A stretch of 63,917 nucleotides of DNA, the filler included, from Phoronis australis (lineage: Eukaryota > Animalia > Phoronida): NCBI GenBank assembly GCA_002633005.1. It is 10 parts of 10 records of this genome, joined end to end, with 100 filler letters (N's around TTAATTAATTAA, not from the genome) between each part and the next. Parts side by side here need not be neighbours in the genome. Positions count along the whole stretch, not along the records: positions 1 to 8,787 come from NMRA01001496.1; positions 8,888 to 14,944 come from NMRA01000702.1; 8 more parts are not named here. One strand, given 5' to 3'. A model generated the notes under the pieces. It was not told the origin of the DNA. It made no database searches and saw nothing but the letters and a program-made list of their open reading frames with translations. Shown here one piece after another: positions 1 through 11,913 of this stretch. Made by a program: the position numbers and the translations under genes. How positions within the stretch are numbered: the first letter of the stretch is position 1; every line of letters starts with the position of its first letter.

Positions 1-829
1 TTGTTGGTGACCATAGTCTGTACAACATACCGGTGTAACAGGTACAACAAGACATAAAATATGGCTTCGTAAAATAATCCTTGTAACTATTTCCATCCTT
101 AATTAACTGGGGAATCTGTGTAAATTGAAAGAATCATACCCATGTAGGTTGTCCAGTTAAAAGTTTGTAATCTCAGTCAGTAATAGGCTTATTACTATTA
201 ATAACAATTCCAAACTTGTGTGACAAGTTCACTAACTATAAAAGGCTGGAGTTCCTCTCTTCAGTGGTGCTGTAACACAACACTTAAACGTAACTTAAAG
301 AGTATGTATGATCGTTTGGCTGCTCCGGGTTGTTGATTTCTGGGTACGACAAGGTTTCTTAACCTGGCTTTTTTCTTTAAAAGATAAAATTTACAAACCT
401 TTATATTTATTCGTTCCTGTTTTTCATTAGTAACGCAATAATCACTGGAAAACTTTCAATATACGCATGTAGACACGAGTTTCTATTGCCTAGTCTTCTC
501 TGCATCTTAGTTACCTGCTTGGAAGCCCGTCTGTTATTCCGCATAAGCTTTCGTTTTTGCGTAACCTCTGTTCTACAGTGTATTATTGTTTGTTTTCTTC
601 TGTTTCATTACTATTCTACTGTATGTTATACCCGTCAGTTAGTATCATGTTATTGTCAGTATAACTTTCGCACTATGTTTCTTGTTGTACCTGTATGTGC
701 TCACCTTGGTATTATACTTACAGTCTTGAGTCGTTATGCAATATCTGTATAGGTGAATTTGGCTTTCATAGCAACCAACGGGGCATATGTTTTGTGCCCA
801 GTGAATTTCTGCTTTGACCTTTACTTCGC

Positions 830-2000
830 ATTGTCAAGATTTGATATTCTGTGCTGTGGCTATGTCAAATCCTGGTCCTTTGGCACCCAATGAGGTGTTC
901 AATATCTTACAAACTAACATAAACAGTATGGAGTGTAATAACTTTGCACGATTTGATATCTTATTTTTTGTGTATAATAGTAATTATAAAATAGTCACCC
1001 TTTGGGAGGCGATCCGGCTGACCTTGGAAATATTACTTCTGATTTAGCGGCACTATTCGATTCCAATGGTATTGACTACATTGAAGATATTTTTAGTCCA
1101 ACTGTATTTAACGTGATTAAAAGTGACATCCCTTATGAAGTAAAAGTAATAAGCCAAAAATAAACCTTGATTTTATAATGATATAAAACGTGAATCAAAA
1201 AAGAAGCGACGAGTGCATAGAGCGTTTAAAATGTCAAGTAACCCCATCTTATATCAAAGATATGAAGAACAATCCTTTTTAATCGATAATCTTATTTCAA
1301 GGGCGAAAGCTGATCGTCACAAAACTCTAATTCAAACTGCCAGTGTCAAACCAAAAACCTCTTAGGAATTTTGAAAACTCGTTAAGAATATTCGTGGTCA
1401 ATCCACTCAAGATACATTTCCTTGTCTTAAACAGAAGAATTCTGGTGAGTTTGACTCCTTAAAATTAGATAAAACAAATTTATTTTTGAATTATTTCACG
1501 AATAAAAGCCACATTGAGGCAAATTTGCCTCATGAATTCCTAACACGGATAGCAGGTATCAACTTCTAGTAAAGCCAGTTCAAGACACTGCAGATGAGGT
1601 CAAGACTTCTTGATTGATACGTCGAAGAGTGACTTTTCAACAGATATAACGAATAACATGTTTAAATCACTACCAAATTCTCGAGCTGTCCCATTTACCC
1701 CATTTTTAGGAAGATTTTCGATTTAGGTACTTTTCCATCAAGGTGGAAACGCGAATTGATGATAACTGTGTCTAAAAAGATTCAACATCTGAAGTGTTCA
1801 ATTATCGCCCCATTGCTCTACTGTATTGTCTTGTTTTTTATTTTCTTCACTTTGCTGTTTTTGCTCAATATTATGTTTCATTTACGTAAGTCTCGGTTTT
1901 ATAGCTTTAACTTTTAAAAAAGCCTGTATATAATGCTTCGCTGTGTGGGATAAATATTTGCACTTTGATATATTGTCATTTGCATAGCAATAAATAAATT
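830..2000 (+). mobile_element. Decayed non-LTR retrotransposon (CR1/L2-group LINE) ORF2 remnant
   Basis: Motifs in the expected order across frameshifts: 2A-like ILCCGYV/NPGP (844-879), APE endonuclease start NILQTNINS and KIVTLWE, then FPSRWK and the pre-RT motif NYRPIALL (1800-1823). AATAAATAAAT tail near 1990. Confidence 0.75.
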
Positions 2001-2701
2001 ACAAAATAGCAGTCATCTAAGCATTAAATTTCGAATATCTCGAAAATACTGAAACAGAGTCTATAATGTTGAAAGCACTAAGCACTTTGAACGATATATC
2101 TACACACCAGATTTCAGACAGAACCGTCAAGTGTCGCCAAAGATAAGGCATATAAACTCAATTGATTTAAAGAGCAATCACCAGAATATCTCTAATAACT
2201 CGACCACGGTAAATCCTAGAAAAAAGCAAATGGCACTTTGTCGATAGCAAGTGAGATGATCTATACACAGGAAAAAACAACAGGAAATCCCTTTTGAGAG
2301 AGAGGAGCTGCGGCTCCGCAAACCAAAATAACGCAAAATGGCCGCCACAACGTTAGTTTGATTCCGATTTCAACCAAACGCGACGGGGGTCGAGCCAAGA
2401 CACATGTTGTGTCTAAATCCAACCCTGACCGGATAAGTAACGCGAACAAAGAAACAAAATACAAACAAATTGATGTTAAGCAAAATATTTCGAGAAATTT
2501 AATTTTACCATGTTATGAAAAAGCTGTGTCTAATTACTCACAGATCATAGTGTTCTCTTCATAAACGCAGATTAACCTTACTAATGGCACAAAGCAGAAC
2601 ACAGAAACTTCTCGCACAGAACTCCCGTCAAAGACGTGACATACCTTGCTACATGTACCTAGCGTCACCGTTTGAGTTGAGCTTCGCCAATTCACAGTAT
2701 A

Positions 2702-2859
2702 TATAGGTTATCCCACGCACATAAGAATAACCACTCGATAATTCATTTCGTCCAGGAATGTCTCAAGGAGACCAAAAGCCGAACTGGAACATTCCCAGAT
2801 CAGATGAAATGAATTCGAGATATTAGTATTAGTATTCCTATGTATGTGAGATAACCTAT
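2702..2859. mobile_element. Short palindromic MITE-like element
   Basis: ATAGGTTATCcCACgcACATAaGAATA at the left end is an imperfect reverse complement of TATTCCTATGTATGTGAGATAACCTAT at the right end; internal arms are also complementary. Confidence 0.6.
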
Positions 2860-5513
2860 TGATCCCATGTATACGAACTCATCTTCATCGCGGCGGTATC
2901 TTGTTGCCAGGTGCTTTGGTTTGCTGCTGTTGTGTAATGTCATATGCATCGCTACGTGGATCCGTGCTGGTTAAGCGACAACCTTTTTACAATTAAGTCA
3001 TGGTGTTAAATAATAGTGAAGTTGTATTTCATAATAACTTCATGATATTTTTTAATTTGTGAAAGATACTGTTTAAAACAACGAACCATTCATTTGAAAC
3101 ATAAAGAAACAATTCATCAACGTATCAACAAATCTGAAACTTTAACTAAGCAATCTAAACAATTTTTTGGCGGCGTGTCGCTCTTGTTTCGATTTTTTAG
3201 GTTTTTAGGTCTGTTTTTTGTTTCCTAGCTGCTGGTATAGAAATATTGTTAGTAATGTTTCCTTCGTTAATCAAATTACTGGGCAATAACGATGCAAATT
3301 GTGTTTGGATATGTGACTGTTCCAAGAATTGAACTAATATAAGGACTGCTCCGGGAGGAGAGTGCGGAGCACTACAAGCAGACGAGTGTGTCAGTAAAAA
3401 TGTATACGCTGTATAAGGTAGCGATACCCTGTAGATATTTTTGTTCTCAGTATAAAAGTATAGTACGCATTCATGACAAAAAAGTTTTCGTTTTGATTTA
3501 GGTTTTGCTCGATTCTGTTGGCGACAATATGCACAATGTTGGCAATTGACCAATGTTTGATTACTCGGATTAAAAATACCAAAGCCTAAAGTTTATAGTT
3601 TTCAGGGTCACTTGAACTTTTGCAATGGCATATTTATAAGAATAAGTCATTAAAAATAATAAACTGCTTGCTATGTACATGTCTTCTGACAAGAAAAAAA
3701 TCACCAACACAAAGTTTTATATCTTGTTTCAGCCTGTTCTTTTCTCAGATTAAATGTAATTTCTGGCTTTGGTAAGCACATGGTTTGCTATGAATTATCC
3801 CACTCGCCCTTTGCAGGTTATCACCCTTTTCACTAGTGCTAAACACCATAAGGGTACCTGATGTTTTCAGCGCCTCAGTGGAGACACGTCGGGTAACCAC
3901 TAAATGGCACCGGTCGGAACAGTGACTAATCGGGTCAAGCCAACCTGGTCTCAAGTCAAAACAAATCTGAATTCTCACAAAGCCCGGAAATCACGTGTGC
4001 AGTTGAGCAAGGAACATTTTAAGATCAGTTTAATTGTAGTGAATGGTTTAAATAAAAACAGTTTCGAAACGTTTTATCTTCTGTACAGTCGAGCTTTCAG
4101 TGTTGTGACTTCAAGCTTGTTTTCGTAAGTCAGGTTAAGCCACCCGTGGACCGATTAATAGCCGATATCGAAAGACAAAACCCAATAGACTATGAGAAAA
4201 CGGCTTCAGCGTACTTGCTCACCATATGGAATCACGCCTCTGATACTTCCAGTCACTTCTCTTGCAGCGTAGGTTACAGCTTGGGGTACTTTTTGTTTTA
4301 CTAGAAGTTTACATTTTATTTCTTTAATTCGGGAGTCGGTTTCGGGGTTCCATGGTTTTCTACGTCCGATTGGATTTTTCTACCGGACATCAGTCAAGAC
4401 TCACACCAAAATGAGGTTGGAGACAGCAGCTCCGACGCTAACCACCTAGCCACTGTTTATTACGTAAGATGGGCTCGTTCACTTCCAGAACGGAAATGAT
4501 ATGACTGAATGTTATTACAGCATATCCAGGCTTTTGCTCCTCGGCAGAAATTGCTGCCATGATTTTTACGTACTCAGACTTGAATAGGACATTCTCACTG
4601 ACCACAATGGTCAACCAAGCTGCATGCAGAATACTACCCTGGCATCTCAGAGCATTTAATATACATAGAACATTCGAAATTAGTGGAGGGCACACTATTA
4701 AATGCTCTGGTGGGGCCCTCAAATCCATGAGTAAGGTCATAAGCTGTTGAGCAGAAAAAAAAACAGCTTTTCAAACAAATTTCCAAACACAGTACAACAC
4801 TTTTAAACATGATTAAGCACCAAAATACTGGAATTGATTTCTGGGCCCTGTCATTGATCTTTTCACAGGAAATGGAACTCGAAATTACGTTTGGAACATT
4901 GTACTCTACTTTTGTGCGAACTTAAGACAGGTGCCTATTATCCTATGCTCCTATACATAATGACTTACGTGGATACTTTATTAGTGATAGTTTAGAGTTG
5001 ATAAACCCAACAAGAATCCAGCACAATAAACTGGTATATTATGAAATCCATTCTAGTTACTTCACGAAAAATAAGCAGAGCTTGGAATGATCAATAACAA
5101 AAACAGAGGATAAATTTCCAGCTGATGTATGATACACAAAAAATAGGATTATGTGATAGACATTTTTGGCTGTAAAATTTACCTGAACTAAACATTTAAT
5201 AAAGTCGAAAAAATGATAAAAAGAGGAAACTGGTAATCAAATAAGAGGAAATGGACACCAAAAAAGAATTCCTCTTAAAAGACGAAAATCCCAAGCCCTG
5301 ATCAAGTCTGTATTCTACGGGCTTCAACGTGTACATAAATGCACCTGTCAAGCAGTATACCTTCTTGAAATTGTCAAGGCGAGCTCTCTGAAACGTAAAC
5401 AATCACTGTTTTGGTGGTGTGATTTTAAAACTTCTGATGCTGGTGACCTTGTGCACGACACGTTGTTGCACGTGCTCATTTAAGTATTCTATTTTCTTGT
5501 TCGATGACGTCAG

Positions 5514-5620
5514 CCGCTGATTGGTGTAGCAGTAAAGTCGGCGACTCGAAACTCTTGAGGCCCGGGTTCGAATCCGGCCTCGGTTTCCCGCCAAAATGTT
5601 ATCTCACTAGTGAGATAACC
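5514..5620 (+). mobile_element. tRNA-derived SINE head (Pol III A/B boxes)
   Basis: A-box-like TGGTGTAGCAGTAA (5522-5535) and B-box GGTTCGAATCC (5565-5575); no proper acceptor stem, so a SINE or pseudo-tRNA rather than a tRNA. Confidence 0.65.
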
Positions 5621-5959
5621 TTATGGGTTATTACACGATTGTATCTGCCATTCGAGGCTAATATTGTGGTATAAATGTACATATACATATGCATGTGCAT
5701 AAACACACACACACATATAGATAAAGATTCCCCCAGCATCTGCCCATAGCATATAAAGTCTATTATAGTTTCACAACAGCTTTCGGTCAGCAAATACTGA
5801 ATTAGCATGCGCCGATCAATTAAGTTCATCGCATCTGAAGCCGGTAACGCAGTATGATTTATTCATTTATGATTTCCCAAAGCATTTGCACTCACGAACG
5901 CTCCTAAGGCATTTCAAATTGTATCTGCAGAGACAGACTTTGACACAGGGTGAAATAAT

Positions 5960-6668
5960 TCATTTATGATCGACATATGTCCCGAATAATAGATAAATGC
6001 TACGTGCGTCTCAAGCTCGTTACCAGAGATGAGAAGGAGACAGAGGTAGGCGATATAAGGTCATTTATTATGACTAGTACAATTGCAATAAAATGAATAC
6101 AGGTAAATAACGTGTAATAGGTAATCTCTGGTAAGATGGGCGATAAAAAGCGCCGGCCACGTGGAAGTACGAGAGAATGACGAAAACTGGGAGGAAGAGG
6201 GTAGGAAAATTGAATGAGTTTTTGACGTACAACAATGTGACCGGAACAAAGTGAAATGAAAGAAAAACGCCCCTAAAGACACGCGGCAGTCATCAGCCTA
6301 TAAGAGCCAAGAGCTGACCAAACTCGAGGCACGTGATAACAGCAGACCAATGCGAAGGCTGGAAAAACGACGTGTAGTCCTACACAAGGGAATAATGGAA
6401 TAGACCGAGATGAGGGGGAAAAGGAGTAAGGCGGGCGCATATGCTCACATAAATATATTTAACGAATGAAATACCATTTATGATCGACATATGTCCCGAA
6501 TAATAGATAATTGATACGTGCGTCGCAAGCTCGTTACCAGAGATGAAAAGGAGACCGAGGCAGGTGATGTAAGGTAATTTATTATGACTAGTACAATTAC
6601 AATAAAATAAAACAGGTAAATAACGTATAATAGGTAATCTCTGGTAAGATGGGCAATAAAAAGCGCCG
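5960..6668 (+). repeat. Two diverged direct copies of a ~195-bp segment (~5960-6155 and ~6475-6668)
   Basis: Both copies begin CATTTATGATCGACATATGTCCCGAATAATAGATAA and end ...GGTAAGATGGGCRATAAAAAGCGCC. Confidence 0.9.
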
Positions 6669-7408
6669 CAAGAGATGTTGTAAGACAGCTCATGCCCATC
6701 CGCAGGGACGCACGAAGGGAGAGAAATGAAAAGAAAAGGATGCAGGACTACTTAAAAACGCTGTCAGCCGGATACCCAACCCTAACTAAGGGTGCCAAAC
6801 CGGAGGGGGAGGTACGATTGCCCGGGCTGGAACAGGTGTTGTCTCACCCCGTGTCGTGGCGTGAAGAAAATTAGATAAATGACGGAAAAACAAGGGAGAA
6901 AAACGAACATAAATTCAATAAACGAACAGGTAAGCTAGAGCACTAAAGGCGGGGTACGCAAACTAAAATGAAAAGAGAGAGAAACGAAAAAATCAAAGCT
7001 AAGGACAATATAAAAAATGGCTAACAGAGAATAACAAAATAGCCAGCATAAGAGAAATAAAGCTAACAATAGTCGGATTATAAAGGTAGAGTAACAAGTT
7101 AAGAATAAATGAACACAAAATATAGCCTGAGACCAACAAAATGTCTAACAGGATTGAATAAAAAATAAAATACAAAATAAACTACAAGTGAGACAACGAG
7201 ATACGGAACGAAGGGGACGGAGTGGATGGGGAAGGGGCAGGCAAAGCGGACACCAGCGAGGGAGGTGCAGGCAATACTGACACCAATGGGAGATAACGGG
7301 TGGCCTGGGGAAGGGAGAGACAAGAGAAAGGGGGAAATTAGGGACGAGGTGGGGGGGAAACTGACATGCGGATGTATCACTTGACAGCGTCGGACTTCCT
7401 TTCAATAG

Positions 7409-7616
7409 AACAATGCCACAGACACGGAGATATTTCACGGTCACATACTTGGTATTAATACCATGGGAACCATATCGGGTTCCAAGATAATTGTACGTAT
7501 ATTTTGTTATGATAATTGTGAACTTGAAGCGTCCATTAATGCGCACCATATGGTTTTGGAAAAACATATCAAGATATGGAGCAATTTGATTTATGAACTT
7601 TCTTATGTCGCTCATG
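7409..7616 (+). pseudogene. Possible decayed VWD-domain-like exon
   Basis: Acceptor TTCCTTTCAATAG and donor GTAAGT. Translation QCHRHGD...GNHIGFQDNCTYILL/DNC resembles the VWD pattern C-x3-GD...FQG-x-C-x-Y-x-L. In-frame TAA at 7456-7458 and a 1-nt frameshift. Confidence 0.35.
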
Positions 7617-8201
7617 GTAAGTGCAGTAGCTGTTGAATTGTACACCTACATACCCTATATTTATATGTGCACAACAATTAAACATTCTGCTGTTCACAGG
7701 CTTGGTTTGATCAGCGCTGTTTATAAGGACTGTCAGTTGTCTGAACTCAGATCCTACGTCATCTACTAAATAACGGGTATTTTCTTGTATTTTGTTACTG
7801 AGAGAAAGTTTGGGTACCGCCACCCCATCTACTACATAAAGGACATACTCTGTGTATACGACTATATTTGATGCAACAGACAGGAGTACTTGGGCCTCAT
7901 CAACTAAATAACGGGCATGCTGCATGTAAGTTACTATTTTGATACAACAGACACTAGTAGTAGTTGGTTCAGATCCAGATAAACTAGATGCCCCCTGTTG
8001 TGGTCGGGACATCATCTAAACTCCAACCCATATCTCCTTTTGCACCGTCATGCCGTTTGACAACCAAGTGGGGCAGCTATTGGATGTTGAATGTCAGCCA
8101 ACTAACCAGCTATCTGTCTCTACATCTTTGTATAGCTTGAATATTTGACCACCAGGTGGAGCCGCTATTGGATGTTGGATGTCAACCAACAAACAGGCTC
8201 C

Positions 8202-8329
8202 CGTTCAGTAACGCTAGTACCTCGCTAAAAAGCAAGACTTCGCGAGACTACGTGAGATATTGTCGTGTATTTTAAAGAAGTACACGCGACTTTGGCTAGA
8301 TTTTAGCTAGGTCCTCGCGTTACTGAACG
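8202..8329. mobile_element. 128-bp MITE with ~45-bp imperfect terminal inverted repeats
   Basis: CGTTCAGTAACGC...GCGTTACTGAACG termini; a related half-copy lies in inverted orientation at ~12880-12941. Confidence 0.7.
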
Positions 8330-8787
8330 CACGCCCGCTATCTGTCACTTTGGATAGCTTTAATAGTTGTGCACCAGGTGGCATGACGAATCTATCCCTG
8401 CTGAAAATTCAAGCCAAAACCCAATTAGAATTGTTAACTGAAGCGCAAGTTTCAATTACCCCATTCCCTGCCAACACAATAGAGAGCCAGCTGGCTGGCC
8501 TGCCTCAGTTAAGATGGCATCATAAAATTCTCCAACTGAATAGGACTACTTGTGACCTTCTTTTTGACCTGGATTTTCATATGGAGGAACCAGAAACCTG
8601 TTACATGGTAGTTATATTGGCTGAGAATGAATTTTGTAGAAACGTTACATCCCAATAGGTTGGTTGCACTTACATTGCAATTATTTTACAATAAATGAAA
8701 TAATATGAAAGATAAGCAATATATCTAATCACACAAGTTTTTATTTTTAAAACATGCATACAAATAGATATAACAGGAAAAAGGAAA

Positions 8788-8887
8788 NNNNNNNNNNNNN
8801 NNNNNNNNNNNNNNNNNNNNNNNNNNNNNNNTTAATTAATTAANNNNNNNNNNNNNNNNNNNNNNNNNNNNNNNNNNNNNNNNNNNN
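8788..8887. other. Assembly placeholder gap with six-frame stop linker (first of nine)
   Basis: N-run/TTAATTAATTAA/N-run of 100 nt; the same structure starts at 14945, 21809, 25029, 43106, 49827, 54626, 57056 and 61023. Confidence 0.97.
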
Positions 8888-11694
8888 AGATGTTCCAACA
8901 AAAATTTTAGCTGGTAGTGTGACTCATACCCAGATGTGCACAAATATGGTTTCACGAAACTTATGAGCCAAGTTCATGTGACGAAATCGAGAAGTGTTTC
9001 TAATGATCTTAAGAAAAGCTCCAGGGACATGTTAAGTGCCAGAAACGTGCCAGGATGCATGGAAATTTCATTGTTTGGCTACCATGAAAAACAAAAAGTT
9101 GTCTTACACGGGAGGGGGTTTATATAGCTTTAAAACCTGTTAAGGTCAGCCTCTAGAGAATTCAAGCAAGGATTCTCAAATAGAATGATGTTTGCCTCTA
9201 AGATCCTTAAACATGGCGGGTTACTCTCCAAATACAAACTAGAAGTGTTTTGGATTACCGAGTGAGCTTGAGCAATGTAGTCAGTGGTGGATACGTTTCG
9301 CACATGAAAACTTGATATTTTAAGAGTAATATTCCCAATTGGAATTGGTCTTAGCCAGCTAAACAGGGCGCATGTTATAAACACTCCCACTAAACGAGAT
9401 CTTGTAAAACCCGACTGATCAGTGAAACTGTGGGGTTTGGCCTGGGAGTCATTGGCCCTAGGGTTTGGCCGATTGAACTAGAGCGTATTTATCCACCTTG
9501 ACTGTGTCGCGCTCAGCTAACGTTCAAAGGGATGCCGCCTGGTCTGTCTTCTATGACCCGCACGCGCTCGCTCNGGGGTTTGGCCTGGGAGTCATTGGCC
9601 CTAGGGTTTGGCCGATTGAACTAGAGCGTATTTATCCACCTTGACTGTGTAGTCTCCTGCACAGACCCACGAGATTGGTTGGGGTCTGCTACAGGATACT
9701 TTTCCATCCGCATTCTTGCAATATCATTGGCTGTTCCGATTTCAAGAAACAAGGCATTCTATTGGTCAGTTGTATAATAGGTCAAACTGGTTCACCAACA
9801 TGGCGACTTCCAGTGAAAGAATGTCGATGGATTTACAGCCGTTTAAATCTCTCTGTTTTCATCAAACTCCCGCATTTCAAAGCTAACGAGTCAAGGAAAA
9901 CATCACCAGTAATGTATACGAAACATGTTGTGATAATTATCTTGTATACTGTGCTGGATTCTGAAGATTTTTTACGAAATATTTTGTGGAAGAAATAGGC
10001 TAATTAATAGCCATTACCATATACTCCATATAGCCTAGGTAGGCCACCCACACCAACAGTCATTTTAGGAAAACTGTAGGCAATGACCATCGCCTCTGTT
10101 GGCCCGAAGCAGAGGCGATGTAGAGGCTATAGGCGCTCTGTACGCCGGNTGTTAATCCAGAGATTTTTCTTGTGTTAGGGGGTACGATGTGGCGCAGATT
10201 TGGACTTAATTGCAATTAATCTGGACTCCACGTGAAATTTAAAAATTGTAAAACATCCGGGAATATTTCAGCAATGCAACTCATCTCACGAATTTTATGA
10301 TTGTTTATAACTGTTGAAACATGTATCAGCTTTTCAAAGGTGCAAAAACTGAATTCAAACCTTGATGACAATGTGATAATGGGGGTCGGCATAGAGCTTT
10401 ACCTACACGGCATACGAGTAGGTCGACCAGTAATTTGCGAAATCGCACCTTGGAATTACCTTAAAGATAGCCTTCGCTATAATCACCCTCTATTGATGAA
10501 AAGGTTTGAATTCAAATTGTGAGCCAGATCACGTTTGAGTTCCAGCCCAGGATTCCTTCAGATGGCTGTGAACTTGGATCTGTCATGCACCAGTTGACTT
10601 TAATTACACAGTCTCTGTTGTTTGCTATTACACAAGTGTGTTAATCCACTCCGTGGCGGCGTGCGTGAGAGAGAAAACGCTTTTATTTACATTACATGAT
10701 AATAATACATTGATTTCCTAATTAGGAGGCCTTCTCAAGGTTATTGACCGCTAATAAGAAGGTCCCCTGTAGAAGATAAACAAATGGAAATGCAAAAATC
10801 AGTAGGACAATGCAACATCTGGATATATCATGATTTTATCAGTATTTTAAAACTTAAAAGTTTTCAGTGCGCTAGAAAATTGAGCACTGGCCTTTTTGAC
10901 AATCGTGGTGACTTCGCCAATAATTTAGATTTATTTACTCTCCCGTTCACTTACCTGCGAAACGTGCGTGTTTGTTCAAGTTAGCCTACTCTACCTATTT
11001 AATTTAGTGGACGAAGCCGCGCAGTCGTGCATGTTCGTTCTACTACCAATAGATAGCGCTGCCCGCTATGTGTCATATCCTATTTTTAGGACTAGACGTC
11101 TACTTTCTCAGGAACGCCACCATTTTGGAACGAAAAGAAAAACGCCAGATTGTGCGCCACCAGATTTTTTGTGAAGACAAAAATAGTCTTTAGAGCAAAA
11201 GGTGAGAATATTTAACTGAGTTCAAAAGAGTTGGTAATCAAAGAAATGTGACTACAGCTTTAATTTGTTGTCGATCTGTTCAGCCTTAGTTACTCTCTCG
11301 ATAATTGGTCATTTGGTGATTGACATTTTCACATTTTGCACCACAGCTTCTGATCGTCGCCAATAGTGTATTGAGGACGATCAGAAGCTGAGGGCACCTG
11401 TGTTTTGCACAAGCACTATTTTCACTAGGCAACACGTAACGCCTCGGTCGGTTGGATAGGCGATATAATTGCTCATCTTATCAGCCGCTTGATAAGATGT
11501 CGATACATAATAATGGCAAGACTTTTTAAAGGAGAATGCCACCCAATTTAATTAGTCTTTTTTTACTGTCTTAATTGGCCTATATCCACATCGCCTCTTA
11601 TACAGTCGACCTCACCTTGCTGATAGGTGTCACGTTAACATGTGAGGAAGGTGAAAAGTGACGCAGCGACATCAAAGGTTCGTCTGCAGAGTGA

Positions 11695-11913
11695 ATGCCG
11701 CAATATTGCGGTGCATCGGGGCCCGCTTGTTCGAACTATGAAGCTGCAAAGAATGCTGGTATATTGTTTGTTCGACTTCCTCGAGAGCCCGAAATGCTTA
11801 AGAAGTGGCTCGCGGTAGTGCATGAGGGTCAGCCCTCTCAGCGAGCGACCGCTTCCCTATTCCAGTTGCCCACTGTCGCTCATGACAAAGCCGTCCTAAC
11901 AATAGCTCTATAG
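11695..11913 (+). CDS. THAP zinc-finger N-terminal fragment (transposon-encoded)
   Basis: MPQYCGASGPACSN...LFVRLPREPEMLKKWL matches the THAP N-terminal pattern M-x3-C...C-x-N...F-x2-P-x7-W; the C-terminal C-x-x-H is absent. Confidence 0.7.
   Translation: MPQYCGASGPACSNYEAAKNAGILFVRLPREPEMLKKWLAVVHEGQPSQRATASLFQLPTVAHDKAVLTIAL

Noticed and set aside
5514-5590. Functional tRNA gene
   Set aside because: Acceptor and anticodon stems do not pair properly; treated as a SINE head.
6850-7370. Purine-rich tract and minus-strand Pro/Leu/Phe-rich ORFs (similar tract at 26170-26320)
   Set aside because: Low-complexity GA-rich DNA explains the open frames.
8832-8843. Recurrent TTAATTAATTAA motif
   Set aside because: Always centred in N-runs; an artificial six-frame stop linker, not biology.
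9431-9650. Exact ~76-bp direct repeat
   Set aside because: The second copy begins right after a single N; most likely a contig-overlap artefact. The same pattern occurs at ~51496-51636.
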